DNA of 64,000 nt from Bdellovibrionota bacterium (GTDB taxonomy: Bacteria > Bdellovibrionota_C > UBA2361 > JBGSMV01). Both the position numbers and the translations under genes were made by a program. Of the stretch, positions 28,277 through 38,885 are shown one piece after another (position 1 is the stretch's first letter; every line of letters begins with the position of its first letter). The stretch is taken from contig JBGSMV010000029.1 in the NCBI GenBank assembly GCA_041739995.1, positions 80,371 to 144,370 on the forward strand. Direction: 5' to 3'. Under the pieces are notes generated by a model. That model made no database searches. It was given only the letters and a program-made list of their open reading frames with translations, and had not been told where the DNA came from.

Positions 28277-29296
28277 ATGGCAGAGGTTTCTTGGTTCGGA
28301 ATTTTAATTGATGTGGGCTTACTGTGTTCGCTGGTGGTGTTTGGCCTGCGAATGGTGAGAAGCAGCGGCCCTAAGGTGAACTTAGGTCGTATGGCCGAGC
28401 TTGAAGCGAGCTTGCGGGCTCTTCTCGGCGAAGCCGACTCGGCCAGCCGTGCCCTTAACGACCAACTGGTTCGGAGACAGAAAGACTTGGAGAAGCTCCT
28501 CTTTGATCTTGAAGGATCGAATGGGCGCCTCAATCGGCAAATCACTGCTGCTGACGAGGTACGTGGACAGTTGGAGATCCACATGGCGCGCGCGACTGCC
28601 GCTATGCGCGCGCTCGAAACTTCTGTCACCCCTCATAGTCGGACTTCGGATATGGCAAATCAGAGCTCCGTGCTCCCGCTTGCCTCGAGCATAGAGAGTA
28701 GCATGGCGGCTTCTGCGTCGGTCACCGAGGTCTCACGACGAGTAGCGACACATCGAGGTGCTGAGTTTCCTTCGGTTGAAGTGGAGCCACCGAGTTTTCA
28801 ATCGGTGCAAACCGCAGCTAGTGCGGTGAAACTGCCGCTCGGTGCGGTGGTAGAACGGCGAGTGGAGACACCGCGCCCATCCTTGCGCGACCAAATTGAG
28901 CGAGAAGTTTTTGCTCCTGAAAACGTTGAGTCGCCCAAGAGCCCACGACGCCGCTCAGCGGTCGAACGGGCGCTTGCGCATCAGCGTGGAGCAGAGCCTA
29001 GGAATTCGATACATGCTGACCGAGACGTAGTGTCCGAAGCCAGAACGCATGCGCGCAGACTTGGTGAAAACGAGTTGTTAACTCGAGAGGATCGGCGCCA
29101 AGAACTTCCGCTGCAAAAGCTACTCTCGCAGAGCAGCGCAATCGTGGAAAACGAGGAAGCCCAAGATCCAACGGGGGATGACGAGGACAAGTCTTCGGTA
29201 CTTACGGCGGAAGAGGCAGCTCTTGCTAACCCAGAGGACCCAAGATTGGGAGTTTTAAGCGGTGCCCCGATACGACGACAGGTTCAAGTCTTGTAG
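28277..29296 (+). CDS. Membrane-anchored coiled-coil hypothetical protein, first gene of the flg operon
   Basis: N-terminal TM, heptad-rich segment, disordered C-terminus; 11 bp upstream of flgF. Confidence 0.75.
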   Translation: MAEVSWFGILIDVGLLCSLVVFGLRMVRSSGPKVNLGRMAELEASLRALLGEADSASRALNDQLVRRQKDLEKLLFDLEGSNGRLNRQITAADEVRGQLEIHMARATAAMRALETSVTPHSRTSDMANQSSVLPLASSIESSMAASASVTEVSRRVATHRGAEFPSVEVEPPSFQSVQTAASAVKLPLGAVVERRVETPRPSLRDQIEREVFAPENVESPKSPRRRSAVERALAHQRGAEPRNSIHADRDVVSEARTHARRLGENELLTREDRRQELPLQKLLSQSSAIVENEEAQDPTGDDEDKSSVLTAEEAALANPEDPRLGVLSGAPIRRQVQVL

Positions 29297-29307
29297 GAAG
29301 AAGATAG

Positions 29308-30069
29308 ATGGATAGAGGAACGTACGCAGCAGCATCCGGCGGACTCATGCAGTTTCGCAAGCTCGAAGTGGTTACGAATAACCTTGCAAACGTGAACTCG
29401 CCTGGATTCAAGCGCCAAGCACTGCAAGGAGAAGTGCAAACCTTTGATCAGACCCTGGCGAGCATTGCGGGAGCAGCGGATCCCTTTGCGAAGGGCGACC
29501 ATGATCGCGTTCCTGGTGTGGTGGATATCGATACCGTCACCGATTTTTCGGTGGGGGCGATTCGGGCGACAGGCAATCCTTTGGATGTTGCCCTTCGTAA
29601 TGCGAACGATTTCTTTGTAGTCCAAACCCCAGAGGGCACTCGCTACACGCGTGCCGGAAATTTTTCACTTGCAGCCGGAGGGCAGCTGGTGACTGCGGAC
29701 GGTCTCGAGGTCCAAGGTGACGGTGGCCCCATTTCGGTGGGCGAAGGAAAAGTTGAAATCGGACCTGATGGAGGTGTGCTCGTTGATGGAGTCGCCGCGG
29801 GGAGACTTCAGGTTGCGCGCTTTGATGAAATGCAGGGACTTGAGCGCGTAGGCGGAAATCTATTTGCGCAAGGCAGCGCGAGAGCGCCCACAGATACGGA
29901 CCCCGACGTGGTTCCGCAATCGTTGGAGATGTCCAATGTGAGCACCATTTCTGCGGTGGTTGACCTCATGACCGCGAGTCGAGGGTTCCAGATGTATACA
30001 AAAACGGCAGAGACGTTAGACCAAATGAACCAAACAGCGATTAACCAATATGGACGGAGAGTTCGGTAG
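29308..30069 (+). CDS. flgF: Flagellar basal-body rod protein FlgF
   Basis: NNLANVNSPGFK, TGNPLDVAL, YTRAGNF, LEMSNV; precedes flgG. Confidence 0.9.
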   Translation: MDRGTYAAASGGLMQFRKLEVVTNNLANVNSPGFKRQALQGEVQTFDQTLASIAGAADPFAKGDHDRVPGVVDIDTVTDFSVGAIRATGNPLDVALRNANDFFVVQTPEGTRYTRAGNFSLAAGGQLVTADGLEVQGDGGPISVGEGKVEIGPDGGVLVDGVAAGRLQVARFDEMQGLERVGGNLFAQGSARAPTDTDPDVVPQSLEMSNVSTISAVVDLMTASRGFQMYTKTAETLDQMNQTAINQYGRRVR

Positions 30070-30136
30070 TCGGTAGTGCGTTGAAGGTGTGGTGCAGTGA
30101 CGGTTGAGTCAGGCACTGATTTATTGAGGGTTACAT

Positions 30137-30931
30137 ATGATTAGAGCGCTTTACACATCAGCTACTGGCATGAACGCGCAGGAAACGAACATAGACGTTA
30201 TCGCAAATAATCTTGCGAACGTGAACACCACTGGATTTAAAAAGAGCCGCGCAGATTTCCAAGACCTCATATATCAACAGATAGTTGAGCCCGGCGCGCA
30301 GACGTCTTCTGGGGGAACGCAAACCCCCAGCGGTATTCAAATCGGTCTTGGTGTGCGCAACTCGGCCGTGCAGCGTATCTTTGAACAGGGAGATTTAGTC
30401 AATACTGGAAACCAGCTGGATGTGGCGATTCAAGGCGAGGGGTTCTTTCGTGTCCAGGTGCCGGGATCTGCGCAGGACTCCTTTTCTCGCGCGGGAAATT
30501 TTCAGCTCAATCAAAATGGAGAAATGGTTACGACCGATGGCTATTTGGTGCAGCCGACCATTACGGTGGGCGACGATGTGCTCTCGATCACTATTACTGA
30601 AGACGGTACTGTAAACGGTCGAGTACAAGGACAGTCTACCCTCTCAAACCTTGGACAGATTGAAGCGGTGCGCTTTCCTAACCCAGCGGGACTACGTGCG
30701 CTTGGGCGGAATCTCTTTGAAGAGTCAGACGCGTCTGGAACCGCAATCACGGGAAATTTCGCCAACGATGGTGTGGGTAGGCTGCAGCAAGGGTTTCTTG
30801 AGGGCAGTAACGTCAGTGTGGTTGAGCAAGTAGTGAATATGATCACGGCGCAACGAGCCTATGAGGCGGCCTCGAAGGGGATAACAACTGCAGATGAAAT
30901 GGTTGGTCAAGCAATACAGTTGAAACGATAG
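30137..30931 (+). CDS. flgG: Flagellar distal rod protein FlgG
   Basis: MIRALYTSATGM, ANNLANVNTTGFKK.RADFQDL, QGFLEGSNV. Confidence 0.96.
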   Translation: MIRALYTSATGMNAQETNIDVIANNLANVNTTGFKKSRADFQDLIYQQIVEPGAQTSSGGTQTPSGIQIGLGVRNSAVQRIFEQGDLVNTGNQLDVAIQGEGFFRVQVPGSAQDSFSRAGNFQLNQNGEMVTTDGYLVQPTITVGDDVLSITITEDGTVNGRVQGQSTLSNLGQIEAVRFPNPAGLRALGRNLFEESDASGTAITGNFANDGVGRLQQGFLEGSNVSVVEQVVNMITAQRAYEAASKGITTADEMVGQAIQLKR

Positions 30932-30941
30932 GTAGGTCAGA

Positions 30942-32012
30942 ATGAGTATCAGAGGCATCGCAGCGGCGCTCAGTTTTTGTTTGTGTGGGTACTGCCCCGA
31001 AGTATCGGCGCAACGCGCATCATTCATTCCGGTGGTTCAGCAAGAGGTGCGGGAAGCTTTGGGGAGAGCGGGGGAAGGCTCTGAGCGTATTGCGGGAAAT
31101 TTTCGCATGGTTGTGCGTGGCAAAGAGTTGGCTACGGTAGTTTTGCCGCAAGTAAGAATCTCGGACCTTGCGGACGTGAGCTCGTCATATCCTGGTGATG
31201 ATGAGCTAGTCATCGCCATAAAAAACGCGGTACTTGGTGCGAGCCCCTCCATTGGCGAAGAGGCTACATTTACCGCAGCTCAGGTGCTCGACGTTGTTCG
31301 AGAGGTGACGCGCGGGAATGATCAAGTCGGATATATCTTTCCACGAGTGATGAAGGTCGTACGTGCCTATCGTACGATTGGGGTGGATGAAGTGACGCGT
31401 GCCCTTAGTTCTTACCTGCAAGCGAGCGAGCGTGAGGCCAAAGTGTTGGGAGTCTCCTTGCCCCGTGCTGAGGTAAGAGTGCCTCCGCGCGCTGATATCC
31501 GAGATATTACGCCGTTGGCATCAGTCAAAGGATCTCACTTTGGACAAGGTCCAACTTCATTCCAAGTTAAAGTGCAGGAGCAGGACAAGGTAGTACAAAC
31601 GTTCAACGTGCAAGCAACCGTTCAGGAGTGGGGGCAGTTGCCGGTGGCACGTCGAGCGTTGGCGCGTGGAGATGTTGTTGGTGCCTCCGATGTGACGCTT
31701 GCTCGAGTGAACCTCAGTACGGCGTCTGGGGGAATCGCTCAGTCCGTCGACGAGATTATTGGCCAGAAGCTAAGCCAAGATGTCTCAGAAGGCGCACTAT
31801 TTCGCACGCAACTGATGGTGACGCCGCCGATGGTTCGCGTAGGAGAATCAGTCACATTGCTCTATCGCTCAAAGTTACTTGAAGCAAGTGCTTCAGCAAC
31901 GGCGCTTGAATCGGGAGTCTTTGGAGCGCAGGTACGAGTGAGAAATGAGACATCTAAGCGGGTAATGCAGGGCACAATTTCTGGGCCTGGAATCGTAGAG
32001 GTTCGACAATGA
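30942..32012 (+). CDS. flgA: P-ring formation chaperone FlgA
   Basis: C-terminal SAF/ChapFlgA region (VARRALARG...VRVGESV...ALESG..G..VRVRN.TSKR); position between flgG and flgH. Confidence 0.85.
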   Translation: MSIRGIAAALSFCLCGYCPEVSAQRASFIPVVQQEVREALGRAGEGSERIAGNFRMVVRGKELATVVLPQVRISDLADVSSSYPGDDELVIAIKNAVLGASPSIGEEATFTAAQVLDVVREVTRGNDQVGYIFPRVMKVVRAYRTIGVDEVTRALSSYLQASEREAKVLGVSLPRAEVRVPPRADIRDITPLASVKGSHFGQGPTSFQVKVQEQDKVVQTFNVQATVQEWGQLPVARRALARGDVVGASDVTLARVNLSTASGGIAQSVDEIIGQKLSQDVSEGALFRTQLMVTPPMVRVGESVTLLYRSKLLEASASATALESGVFGAQVRVRNETSKRVMQGTISGPGIVEVRQ

Positions 32013-33082
32013 TACAAAATCTGGCACCAAATGTTTCAGAAACTATAGGCCGCTTCACCACTGGCGAGCGACCGCACCTTGCGGCTCACAAGACGGTAAC
32101 TCTTTGCGTGATCGCATTGTTGAGTGGATGTGTGGAGGCAACCTCGATCACCACTCGGAAGCCGGTCGATGACTATATGGCGAAGATGCGTGCCGACCGG
32201 GCTCAGAGCCAAAATGGCTTTCGAAGCGCAATGCCAGTCGATGGGCGTGCCATGCCAATCGGGGCTCCCTCTCAAGGACGAGCTCAGTTGCATTTGGTGG
32301 GAGGAGAGCTGCCACCAGATGCGCTGTTCGATCGTGGAGGTGCGCAGTTCGGTGCGCAGCAGAATCCTGATGTGGTAACCAATCTTAACGGAGAGAGTGA
32401 CTTCCTTGGCTTTGATCAGGGCTCGTCCGGTGCGATCGATAGGGTTCCGCTTAGAGAGTATAGAGGTCCGTTGAATCTTGGTGATCCGGGAGTATCGGCG
32501 TCTCTGTGGAAAGAGAGCCGGGGTGGAAACAATCTCTTCAGAGACTACAGAGCGTCTCAACCGATGGACCTGATCACGATTGTGGTCAATGAAAATCTCA
32601 CTGGGAAGAAGGAAGGGACCACGACGGTGACTCAAGAGTCGAGCTTTAGCGCCGCGATACGTAATTTCTTTGGACTTGAGAATCGTGATCAATTTACCGA
32701 CTCAGCGGATCCCACCCAGACTGATTCTTCAGGAGCCGATTTGAGCAATCTCGTCAAAGCCTCGCTTTCCAGCGAGTTTACCGGAGACGGAGAGACCGAG
32801 CGAAAGGGGACTCTGCGTGGCCGAATCTCAGCGATGGTTGCAGAAGTGCTGCCTTCAGGGGTGATGCGCATTGAGGGAGAGAAAATCATCTCACTCAATA
32901 GCGAAGAGGAGGTCATGGTGATTTCTGGGCTGGTGCGCCCTGAGGACGTAAGCTCGAACAATGAAGTGCAGTCGTCACAGCTCGCCAACGTAAGAATTGA
33001 CTATTACGGCAATGGAACGATTGGGGACGCTCAGCGAGGTGGCTGGATGGGGCGAGTTTTACGTCGTTGGTGGCCTTTCTAA
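32009..33082 (+). CDS. flgH: Flagellar L-ring lipoprotein FlgH with long N-terminal insertion
   Basis: Lipobox LSGC; LFRDYRA..DLITI.V.E, SGLVRPEDV..NEV.S, WWPF end. Confidence 0.92.
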   Translation: MIQNLAPNVSETIGRFTTGERPHLAAHKTVTLCVIALLSGCVEATSITTRKPVDDYMAKMRADRAQSQNGFRSAMPVDGRAMPIGAPSQGRAQLHLVGGELPPDALFDRGGAQFGAQQNPDVVTNLNGESDFLGFDQGSSGAIDRVPLREYRGPLNLGDPGVSASLWKESRGGNNLFRDYRASQPMDLITIVVNENLTGKKEGTTTVTQESSFSAAIRNFFGLENRDQFTDSADPTQTDSSGADLSNLVKASLSSEFTGDGETERKGTLRGRISAMVAEVLPSGVMRIEGEKIISLNSEEEVMVISGLVRPEDVSSNNEVQSSQLANVRIDYYGNGTIGDAQRGGWMGRVLRRWWPF

Positions 33083-33102
33083 TAGAGTTATTGGGGATCG
33101 GT

Positions 33103-34200
33103 ATGAAATCTTGCATCGCGCTTTTGTTGCTCTTTTTCAGCGCTTCGTCAGCGCTTGCTGCTCCTGCACGCCTTAAGGATCTGGCCGATGTGGAAGGCGT
33201 GCGAGGAAACCAGTTGGTGGGCTTTGGTCTAGTCGTCGGATTAAATGGAACTGGCGACGGAAACAGCGTGGATTTCACCCGAAAGGCCCTTTCCAACATG
33301 CTCGAGAAAATGGGGATTAAAGCTCCTTCTGAGCAAGTTAAGGTAAAAAACGCGGCATCCGTGATGGTGACCGCGACTTTGCCGGCCTTCGTTCGGCCTG
33401 GTACTTCGATTGATGTGACGTTGTCGTCTATGGGTGATGCCAAGAGCTTGCAAGGTGGGACGCTTCTGTTCGCACCTCTCAAAGGTGCCGACGGTAATGT
33501 CTATGCGGTTGCGCAGGGGGAAGTGAGCGTGGGAGGTTTTGCAGTCGAGAGTGGAGGCGATTCGGCTCAGCAGAATCACCCTACGGTTGGGTTGGTTCCG
33601 GATGGAGCCACGGTTGAGCGATCTATTCCATTCGATCTGTTTCAATCGCAGCGTGTGCGCATAATGTTGAGACAGCCTGATTTTACTACGATGACTCGAA
33701 TGGTAGAGGCGATTAATTCCGATCTTGGAAGACCAATTGCGGTGGCCGTTGATTCGGCAGCGGTAGAGATTCCCCTGGTGGGCAGTCTCGCGCATGACCC
33801 GATTGGACTTCTGGCACGGCTCGAGAATCTTACGGTGGATCAAGACCTTGGAGCTCGCGTGGTGGTGAATGAGCGAACGGGCACCGTCATCATGGGTGAG
33901 ACGGTCAGGCTCGGGCGTGTTGCACTTGCACACGGAAATCTGAATATTTCGATTCGTAGTGATAATCAGGTGTCGCAGCCAACAGCATTTTCGGATGGCG
34001 GAAATACAGAAGTGATTCAGAACTCGGACATTACCGTCGGTGAAGAAGAGCGAAACCTTGCGGCCGTGGGCGGAGAAGTGACGCTTGGACAGTTGGTTGA
34101 AGCGCTCAACTCGCTTGGCGCAACACCGCGCGATTTAATCTCAATTTTTCAGGCGCTCAAACGGGCGGGGGCTCTGCATGCTGACTTGGTGATTATGTAA
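33103..34200 (+). CDS. flgI: Flagellar P-ring protein FlgI
   Basis: RLKDL..VEGVR.NQLVGFGLVVGLNGTGD, GDAKSLQGGTL, NERTGTVI, ALKRAGAL.A. Confidence 0.97.
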   Translation: MKSCIALLLLFFSASSALAAPARLKDLADVEGVRGNQLVGFGLVVGLNGTGDGNSVDFTRKALSNMLEKMGIKAPSEQVKVKNAASVMVTATLPAFVRPGTSIDVTLSSMGDAKSLQGGTLLFAPLKGADGNVYAVAQGEVSVGGFAVESGGDSAQQNHPTVGLVPDGATVERSIPFDLFQSQRVRIMLRQPDFTTMTRMVEAINSDLGRPIAVAVDSAAVEIPLVGSLAHDPIGLLARLENLTVDQDLGARVVVNERTGTVIMGETVRLGRVALAHGNLNISIRSDNQVSQPTAFSDGGNTEVIQNSDITVGEEERNLAAVGGEVTLGQLVEALNSLGATPRDLISIFQALKRAGALHADLVIM

Positions 34201-34208
34201 GAGGGGCT

Positions 34209-34640
34209 ATGGCGGATGATTTGCTGTCGAAAATTGGAATGGGCCCATCCCTGTCAGAGGTGAGCCTTATGCGAGGGGCTGCACAGCTCAATCAGCTTTC
34301 GGCAAAGGCACAGAAAACCGGCGCCAATGGTCTGAAGGGCAGTGGTCTGCAGAACGGAGTTGCAGCAGGGCCAGACAGTCCAGCGAAGATTAAAGAGGCA
34401 GCAGAGGACTTTGAGGCGCTGCTTTTGCAGCAAATGTTTAAGTCCATGTGGGCAGCGGTACCGCAGGAGAACCTCCTTAGCGGGGGAAGAGAGGGCGAGT
34501 ATTTCAGAGATATGTTCACTGAGGGCCTCGCCAAGGACGTCTCTAAGGGGCAAGGCATTGGAATTAAAGAGATTATTGTGAGAGAGCTCACGGCTCGTAG
34601 TGATGCAGCGAAAATCGATGGCGAGGGCGAGAAGGAGTGA
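34209..34640 (+). CDS. flgJ: Rod-binding protein (short FlgJ, no muramidase domain)
   Basis: AAEDFEALLLQQMFKSM...FRDMF...GIG. Confidence 0.85.
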   Translation: MADDLLSKIGMGPSLSEVSLMRGAAQLNQLSAKAQKTGANGLKGSGLQNGVAAGPDSPAKIKEAAEDFEALLLQQMFKSMWAAVPQENLLSGGREGEYFRDMFTEGLAKDVSKGQGIGIKEIIVRELTARSDAAKIDGEGEKE

Positions 34641-34826
34641 GGGGGCGCTATTTGCGCGAATCCATTCGAATCCTCGAGATATCGTAACCTTAGCGATTGA
34701 AAAGCCGTTAGTGCTGAGCATCTTCTGAATGTCGTGTGCGCAGCGGTTTTTGTATCGTCGTACCCCAGAGGGCTCAAGCCAGTCCTCGAGTACGCGAGAA
34801 CGGATTCACGACGTAAGGGGGCAGGT

Positions 34827-35237
34827 ATGAAGATTGGATCAAAGAACGACCCAAATGATCTTAAAGCGGTTCGAGATCTCTTGCAGCAGCAAGAAGGTGT
34901 TAAGTCGAGTCCGACTCAGGAGGCCGAGCGTCTTGCAAAGCGCCTGAAGGCACAAAATGACGGGGCATTACTCGCTTCGGGGGGCCGAGTTGATGTCTCC
35001 CTTGCAAAGGCGATTGGGCAAGAGCTTAGCCCCGAGGGAATCGCCGCAGAGCGCAGAGCAAAAATTGAAAGTTTGAAGCTGCAGATTGCAGAAGGCAAAT
35101 ACAACCCGCCAAGTGAAGCGATCGCACGCTCCGTAGGTGAAGAAATTCTTTTTGAAATTTTCACTGGAGGAACAACTCCGGTACAAGGTGGCAGGCTGTT
35201 CGACGCCACTGGGGAAGCGCAGGAAGAGGAGCTCTAG
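34827..35237 (+). CDS. flgM: Anti-sigma28 factor FlgM
   Basis: R.AKIESLKLQIAEGKY.P.SEAIA motif; position between flgJ and flgN. Confidence 0.8.
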   Translation: MKIGSKNDPNDLKAVRDLLQQQEGVKSSPTQEAERLAKRLKAQNDGALLASGGRVDVSLAKAIGQELSPEGIAAERRAKIESLKLQIAEGKYNPPSEAIARSVGEEILFEIFTGGTTPVQGGRLFDATGEAQEEEL

Positions 35238-35243
35238 TAATCC

Positions 35244-35786
35244 ATGCCCGTAGCACCTATTACGAAAGCGCTGGATGATTTGATCTCTAACGAGATTCAG
35301 TTGCACCATGGCTACGTAAAGGCGTTAGAGCTCGAGCAACAAATCGTAATTTCTGGTAAAACAGAAGGACTTGCGGTTGCGACCGCTCAGCGTGAGAGGT
35401 TTATTCAGGGTATTGCTCGCGCTCAAGACGCACGCTTCACCCTGATGCGTAAAGAGCTCGGAGAACCTGAGTTTCTCGGGCGACAAAAAGCACCACCACC
35501 TTCAATCCCATTATCACAGTTTGTGAAGCGATTCTGCCACCCCTCAGAGGCTAAAGTGCTCATCCCGAAAATCGATATTTTGCGAGAGCTTGTTTCGGAC
35601 TCTCAGACTCGTAGTAGGGAATATAGCCAAGTCGTGGCGTTTTCCCTGCGGATGATTGGCGGACTGGCTTCCATTCTCTGGTCTGCTACCAAGCACGTGG
35701 TGCGATCGTATACGCCCGGTGGCACAATGAAAGAGTCGACGCACGACGGGACTCACCGCAAGTCGGGAGTTCTCAAAGAGATCTAG
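35244..35786 (+). CDS. flgN: Flagellar export chaperone FlgN
   Basis: Helical protein between flgM and flgK; C-terminal SYTPGG. Confidence 0.65.
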   Translation: MPVAPITKALDDLISNEIQLHHGYVKALELEQQIVISGKTEGLAVATAQRERFIQGIARAQDARFTLMRKELGEPEFLGRQKAPPPSIPLSQFVKRFCHPSEAKVLIPKIDILRELVSDSQTRSREYSQVVAFSLRMIGGLASILWSATKHVVRSYTPGGTMKESTHDGTHRKSGVLKEI

Positions 35787-35888
35787 ATGAGGGCCCATAG
35801 GAGCCACTCGTATCCTTCGCGCCTTCTGGTTAAGTTTTATAGGCGCGGAAACCTCAGAGTGAGCCGAGGGGAAAACAGTTTTCCTTGC

Positions 35889-35995
35889 CTAGGAGTCTGT
35901 GACACAGGCACAGACGACGTCCCGCCGTAGCCTAATGAAATTAAATGAAAGCACAGGCACATGCGAGCGAAGGCGGACCCTAATCAAAAAGCACG
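35889..35995 (+). mobile_element. MITE-like element family C, right end missing or degenerate
   Basis: CTAGGAGTCTGTGACACAGGCACAGACGACGTCCCGC...ATGCGAGCGAAGGCGGAC matches the reverse complement of 63767-63893. Confidence 0.75.
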
Positions 35996-36133
35996 CTCAT
36001 CCACTACAACATTGCGTATCCATCAAAGAAGTTCTCATGTTCTTTGTGGTGCAAAGCAAGGCTTCAACTTACTCGTTCATCACCTGATTCCTCGAGTTTA
36101 AATTTCTACAGTAGTCCCATCCATTGCCCGCCC

Positions 36134-36148
36134 TGGCACAGCGCTTGC
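36134..36148 (+). promoter_or_regulatory. Sigma54 promoter upstream of flgK
   Basis: TGGCACAGCGCTTGC is a consensus TGGCAC-N5-TTGC, 77 bp before the flgK ATG. Confidence 0.8.
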
Positions 36149-36225
36149 CTTATTAAGATACTGAGAGGTGGCATCAGGCAAGATTTGCTGGTGCTAAAGA
36201 CCTCCCAGAGTTCTTACAGGGCGAA

Positions 36226-37893
36226 ATGGCTAACTTTGGCGCAAAAATTCTTAATAACGCGGTTGGCGCTCTTAGCGCTCAGCAGGCAATTATTGCCAAC
36301 ATCGGCAACAATATCGCCAACGTCAATACGCCTGGCTACTCACGGCGTACTGTCTCTTTAGAGACGAACTTTGGACGCGGTTCTGAGTCGGGCGTCAACA
36401 TCGGGAGTGGCGTACGAATCAGCTCCGTGAGCCGAGTGAGCGATGAGTTCATTGAACGCCTGCTGAGAGAATCCCTTGGCAGCCACGGATCAAACGGAAT
36501 ACAAAACGAATTCCTGCAGCGCATCGAAGGTCTTTTCAATCTCACTGGCGATCGTCAGACGGTCGGCTCCAGTTTGTCTTCGTTTTTCACCTCGCTTGAT
36601 GACTTAGCGGCGGATCCCGCCAGTGTCGAGCTTAGATCTAACGTGATGCAACGAGGGAACGATCTCACCCAGACAATTCGAGATACCTTTAATACCCTGG
36701 CGCGCCTACAGACAGAGGCGGATCAGCGCCTGGTGACCGAAGTCCAAACGGTTAATTCAATCCTGACCCAAATTGGACAGATAAACGGGCGAGTAAAGGT
36801 CATTGAGCAGAACGGATCGGGCCCAGAAGCCTCAGATGAACGCGATCAGCGCAATCTTCTTCTTGGGCAACTAGCCGAGAAACTTTCCTTCTCCTCAGTC
36901 GAGCTCGCTGATGGAAGTATTTCGATTTCGCTTTCAAGCGGTCTTACCTTAGTAAATGGAACCACGGTCAAGCCGTTAACCACCACTACGACCCCAAGCT
37001 TCGCCCCCGGTGCGCTTCCCCCGTCCCTTGACGGTGGGCTACTGAACTATGTTGTTTTTGATTACGACAGTACTGGGACCTCCCCGGCGCACGTGGACCT
37101 TACGCAAGTTCTGAAGAACGGCTCAGGCTCAATCGCCGGTCTTCTTGCGTTGCGCGGATACAATGATCCATCTAGTACAACCGCCTTTGAGGGCGACGGC
37201 ACGATCACGCAGGTCGCTGGGCGAATAGAGGCTCTTACGCGCTCGCTATTGACCTCGTTCAACTCTACATACTTAGGACCAGATCGCGACGGCGCAACAG
37301 CAGGGCATCAGCCCAGTTCCGGTGACTTAGACGGGGACACGCCTGCAGTCTTCGGTTTTTTCGACTTTAATTTCTCAGGGGCAAAGGATCGAGGTGTGAC
37401 ACCCGACGGTCTTCCTACCAGCGGCGATCTTAATGACATTATCGCGAACACTGGCACCAGAAATTTTTCCAGTATCTTTACCCTCGCTATTTCCGATCCG
37501 CGTGATATCGCGGCGGCGAGGGATGTCAGCGGTGGTCCTCCAGCCGCGGCAGAGTTTCCACCTGGCGATAATCAGAATCTGCTGGCGCTGATGGCCCAAC
37601 GCAATCAGGCACAAACGCTCTCCGCAGGAGGATTCTCACTGAATGCCACCTGGGATCAGTCCTATATCGAGTCCGTCACCTTTATTGGGAATAAGAGTGC
37701 GACTATATCCGTGGCCGCGTCGGTCGCTGAGGCGTCGCTCTCAACGGTACAATCACGCCGAGATTCGGCGTCGGCAGTTAATCTTGACGAAGAGTTTACT
37801 CGCCTCATACAGGCGCAGAAGTCTTACGAAGCCTCGGCTCGAATGATTCGAATTGCGGATGAACTATTACAACAAATTCTACAGTTGATATGA
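36226..37893 (+). CDS. flgK: Hook-associated protein FlgK
   Basis: NNIANVNTPGYSRR, VNLDEEF..LI.AQKSYEASARMI. Confidence 0.95.
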   Translation: MANFGAKILNNAVGALSAQQAIIANIGNNIANVNTPGYSRRTVSLETNFGRGSESGVNIGSGVRISSVSRVSDEFIERLLRESLGSHGSNGIQNEFLQRIEGLFNLTGDRQTVGSSLSSFFTSLDDLAADPASVELRSNVMQRGNDLTQTIRDTFNTLARLQTEADQRLVTEVQTVNSILTQIGQINGRVKVIEQNGSGPEASDERDQRNLLLGQLAEKLSFSSVELADGSISISLSSGLTLVNGTTVKPLTTTTTPSFAPGALPPSLDGGLLNYVVFDYDSTGTSPAHVDLTQVLKNGSGSIAGLLALRGYNDPSSTTAFEGDGTITQVAGRIEALTRSLLTSFNSTYLGPDRDGATAGHQPSSGDLDGDTPAVFGFFDFNFSGAKDRGVTPDGLPTSGDLNDIIANTGTRNFSSIFTLAISDPRDIAAARDVSGGPPAAAEFPPGDNQNLLALMAQRNQAQTLSAGGFSLNATWDQSYIESVTFIGNKSATISVAASVAEASLSTVQSRRDSASAVNLDEEFTRLIQAQKSYEASARMIRIADELLQQILQLI

Positions 37894-38885
37894 CACGTAT
37901 TTCTGAAAACCAACTTGCGCGTACCCTCCTGGTAGATATCGCCAGAAATCGAGAGCAGTACGCGCGATTTAGCCAAGAATTGGCCACCGGATATAAGGTC
38001 GTAGATCCTGGAGACTCTAGATTCTCAGGCACCATCGCCCAATACCGAGAGACATTGGATCGTCTTGCAGGCCACAAGCGCCGGGCTGAATCCGTGACGG
38101 GAGTTTTGGCTTTCCAGGACAATGCGTTGGCTCAAGCGAATGAGATCCTGGTAAGAGCCAATGAGCTAGCCACTCAAGGCGCTAATGAGACTATCGGGGT
38201 GGCGGTTCGTGCTCAGATGGCGGAGGAAGTATTCGAGTTGCGCAACCATTTAGTGAGTTTAGCTAATTCGCAGTACCAAGGGCGCTATGTGTTTGCGGGA
38301 GTCGACGATGATGATGCGCCCTTTGGCGCGAGCACCTATACCAATCCTGCTACCGGGGCCGCCAGTGAACGTTGGGTGTATGATGACACCACTGTGGAAG
38401 TGGGGAATGCTCGAACTCGTTCGGTGAATATAACGGATGATCTTCAAATTGCGGTGGCAAAGCCTGGAGATGCGCTCTTTAGTAATGCCCTCGCGGGGCT
38501 CGAGCGGCTCGGTCGAGCTCTTGCCGGATTTCAAACGCTTCCTTCTACTGGCTTGCCCGATGGTACCGGAGCTGCGTTCAATTTGCCGACAGAACTCAGT
38601 CTGCAGACCCAAGAGATTCAGGGTTCGATTGACTTCATTAAGCAAGCGCGGGAGCGCGACATTATTCCTGAGCGTGTGTCAGTTGGGGCAGGGCTGCGGA
38701 GATTGCAGACTGCGCTTTCATTGATTGACCTGACTCAGACCGATGCGACCGAGGCGCTCAGCAAGCTTCAAGACGCAGATATCGCAGCGTCTGGGACCGG
38801 ATTACAGCAAGCACAGACGGCGCTGGAAGTGTCTTATTCAGTGACGACTCGCGCATTGCAGCTCAATATTCTTCAGTTTCTCTAG
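37890..38885 (+). CDS. flgL: Hook-associated protein FlgL
   Basis: Flagellin-like ends, LANSQYQGRYVFAG; overlaps the flgK stop. Confidence 0.9.
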   Translation: MTRISENQLARTLLVDIARNREQYARFSQELATGYKVVDPGDSRFSGTIAQYRETLDRLAGHKRRAESVTGVLAFQDNALAQANEILVRANELATQGANETIGVAVRAQMAEEVFELRNHLVSLANSQYQGRYVFAGVDDDDAPFGASTYTNPATGAASERWVYDDTTVEVGNARTRSVNITDDLQIAVAKPGDALFSNALAGLERLGRALAGFQTLPSTGLPDGTGAAFNLPTELSLQTQEIQGSIDFIKQARERDIIPERVSVGAGLRRLQTALSLIDLTQTDATEALSKLQDADIAASGTGLQQAQTALEVSYSVTTRALQLNILQFL

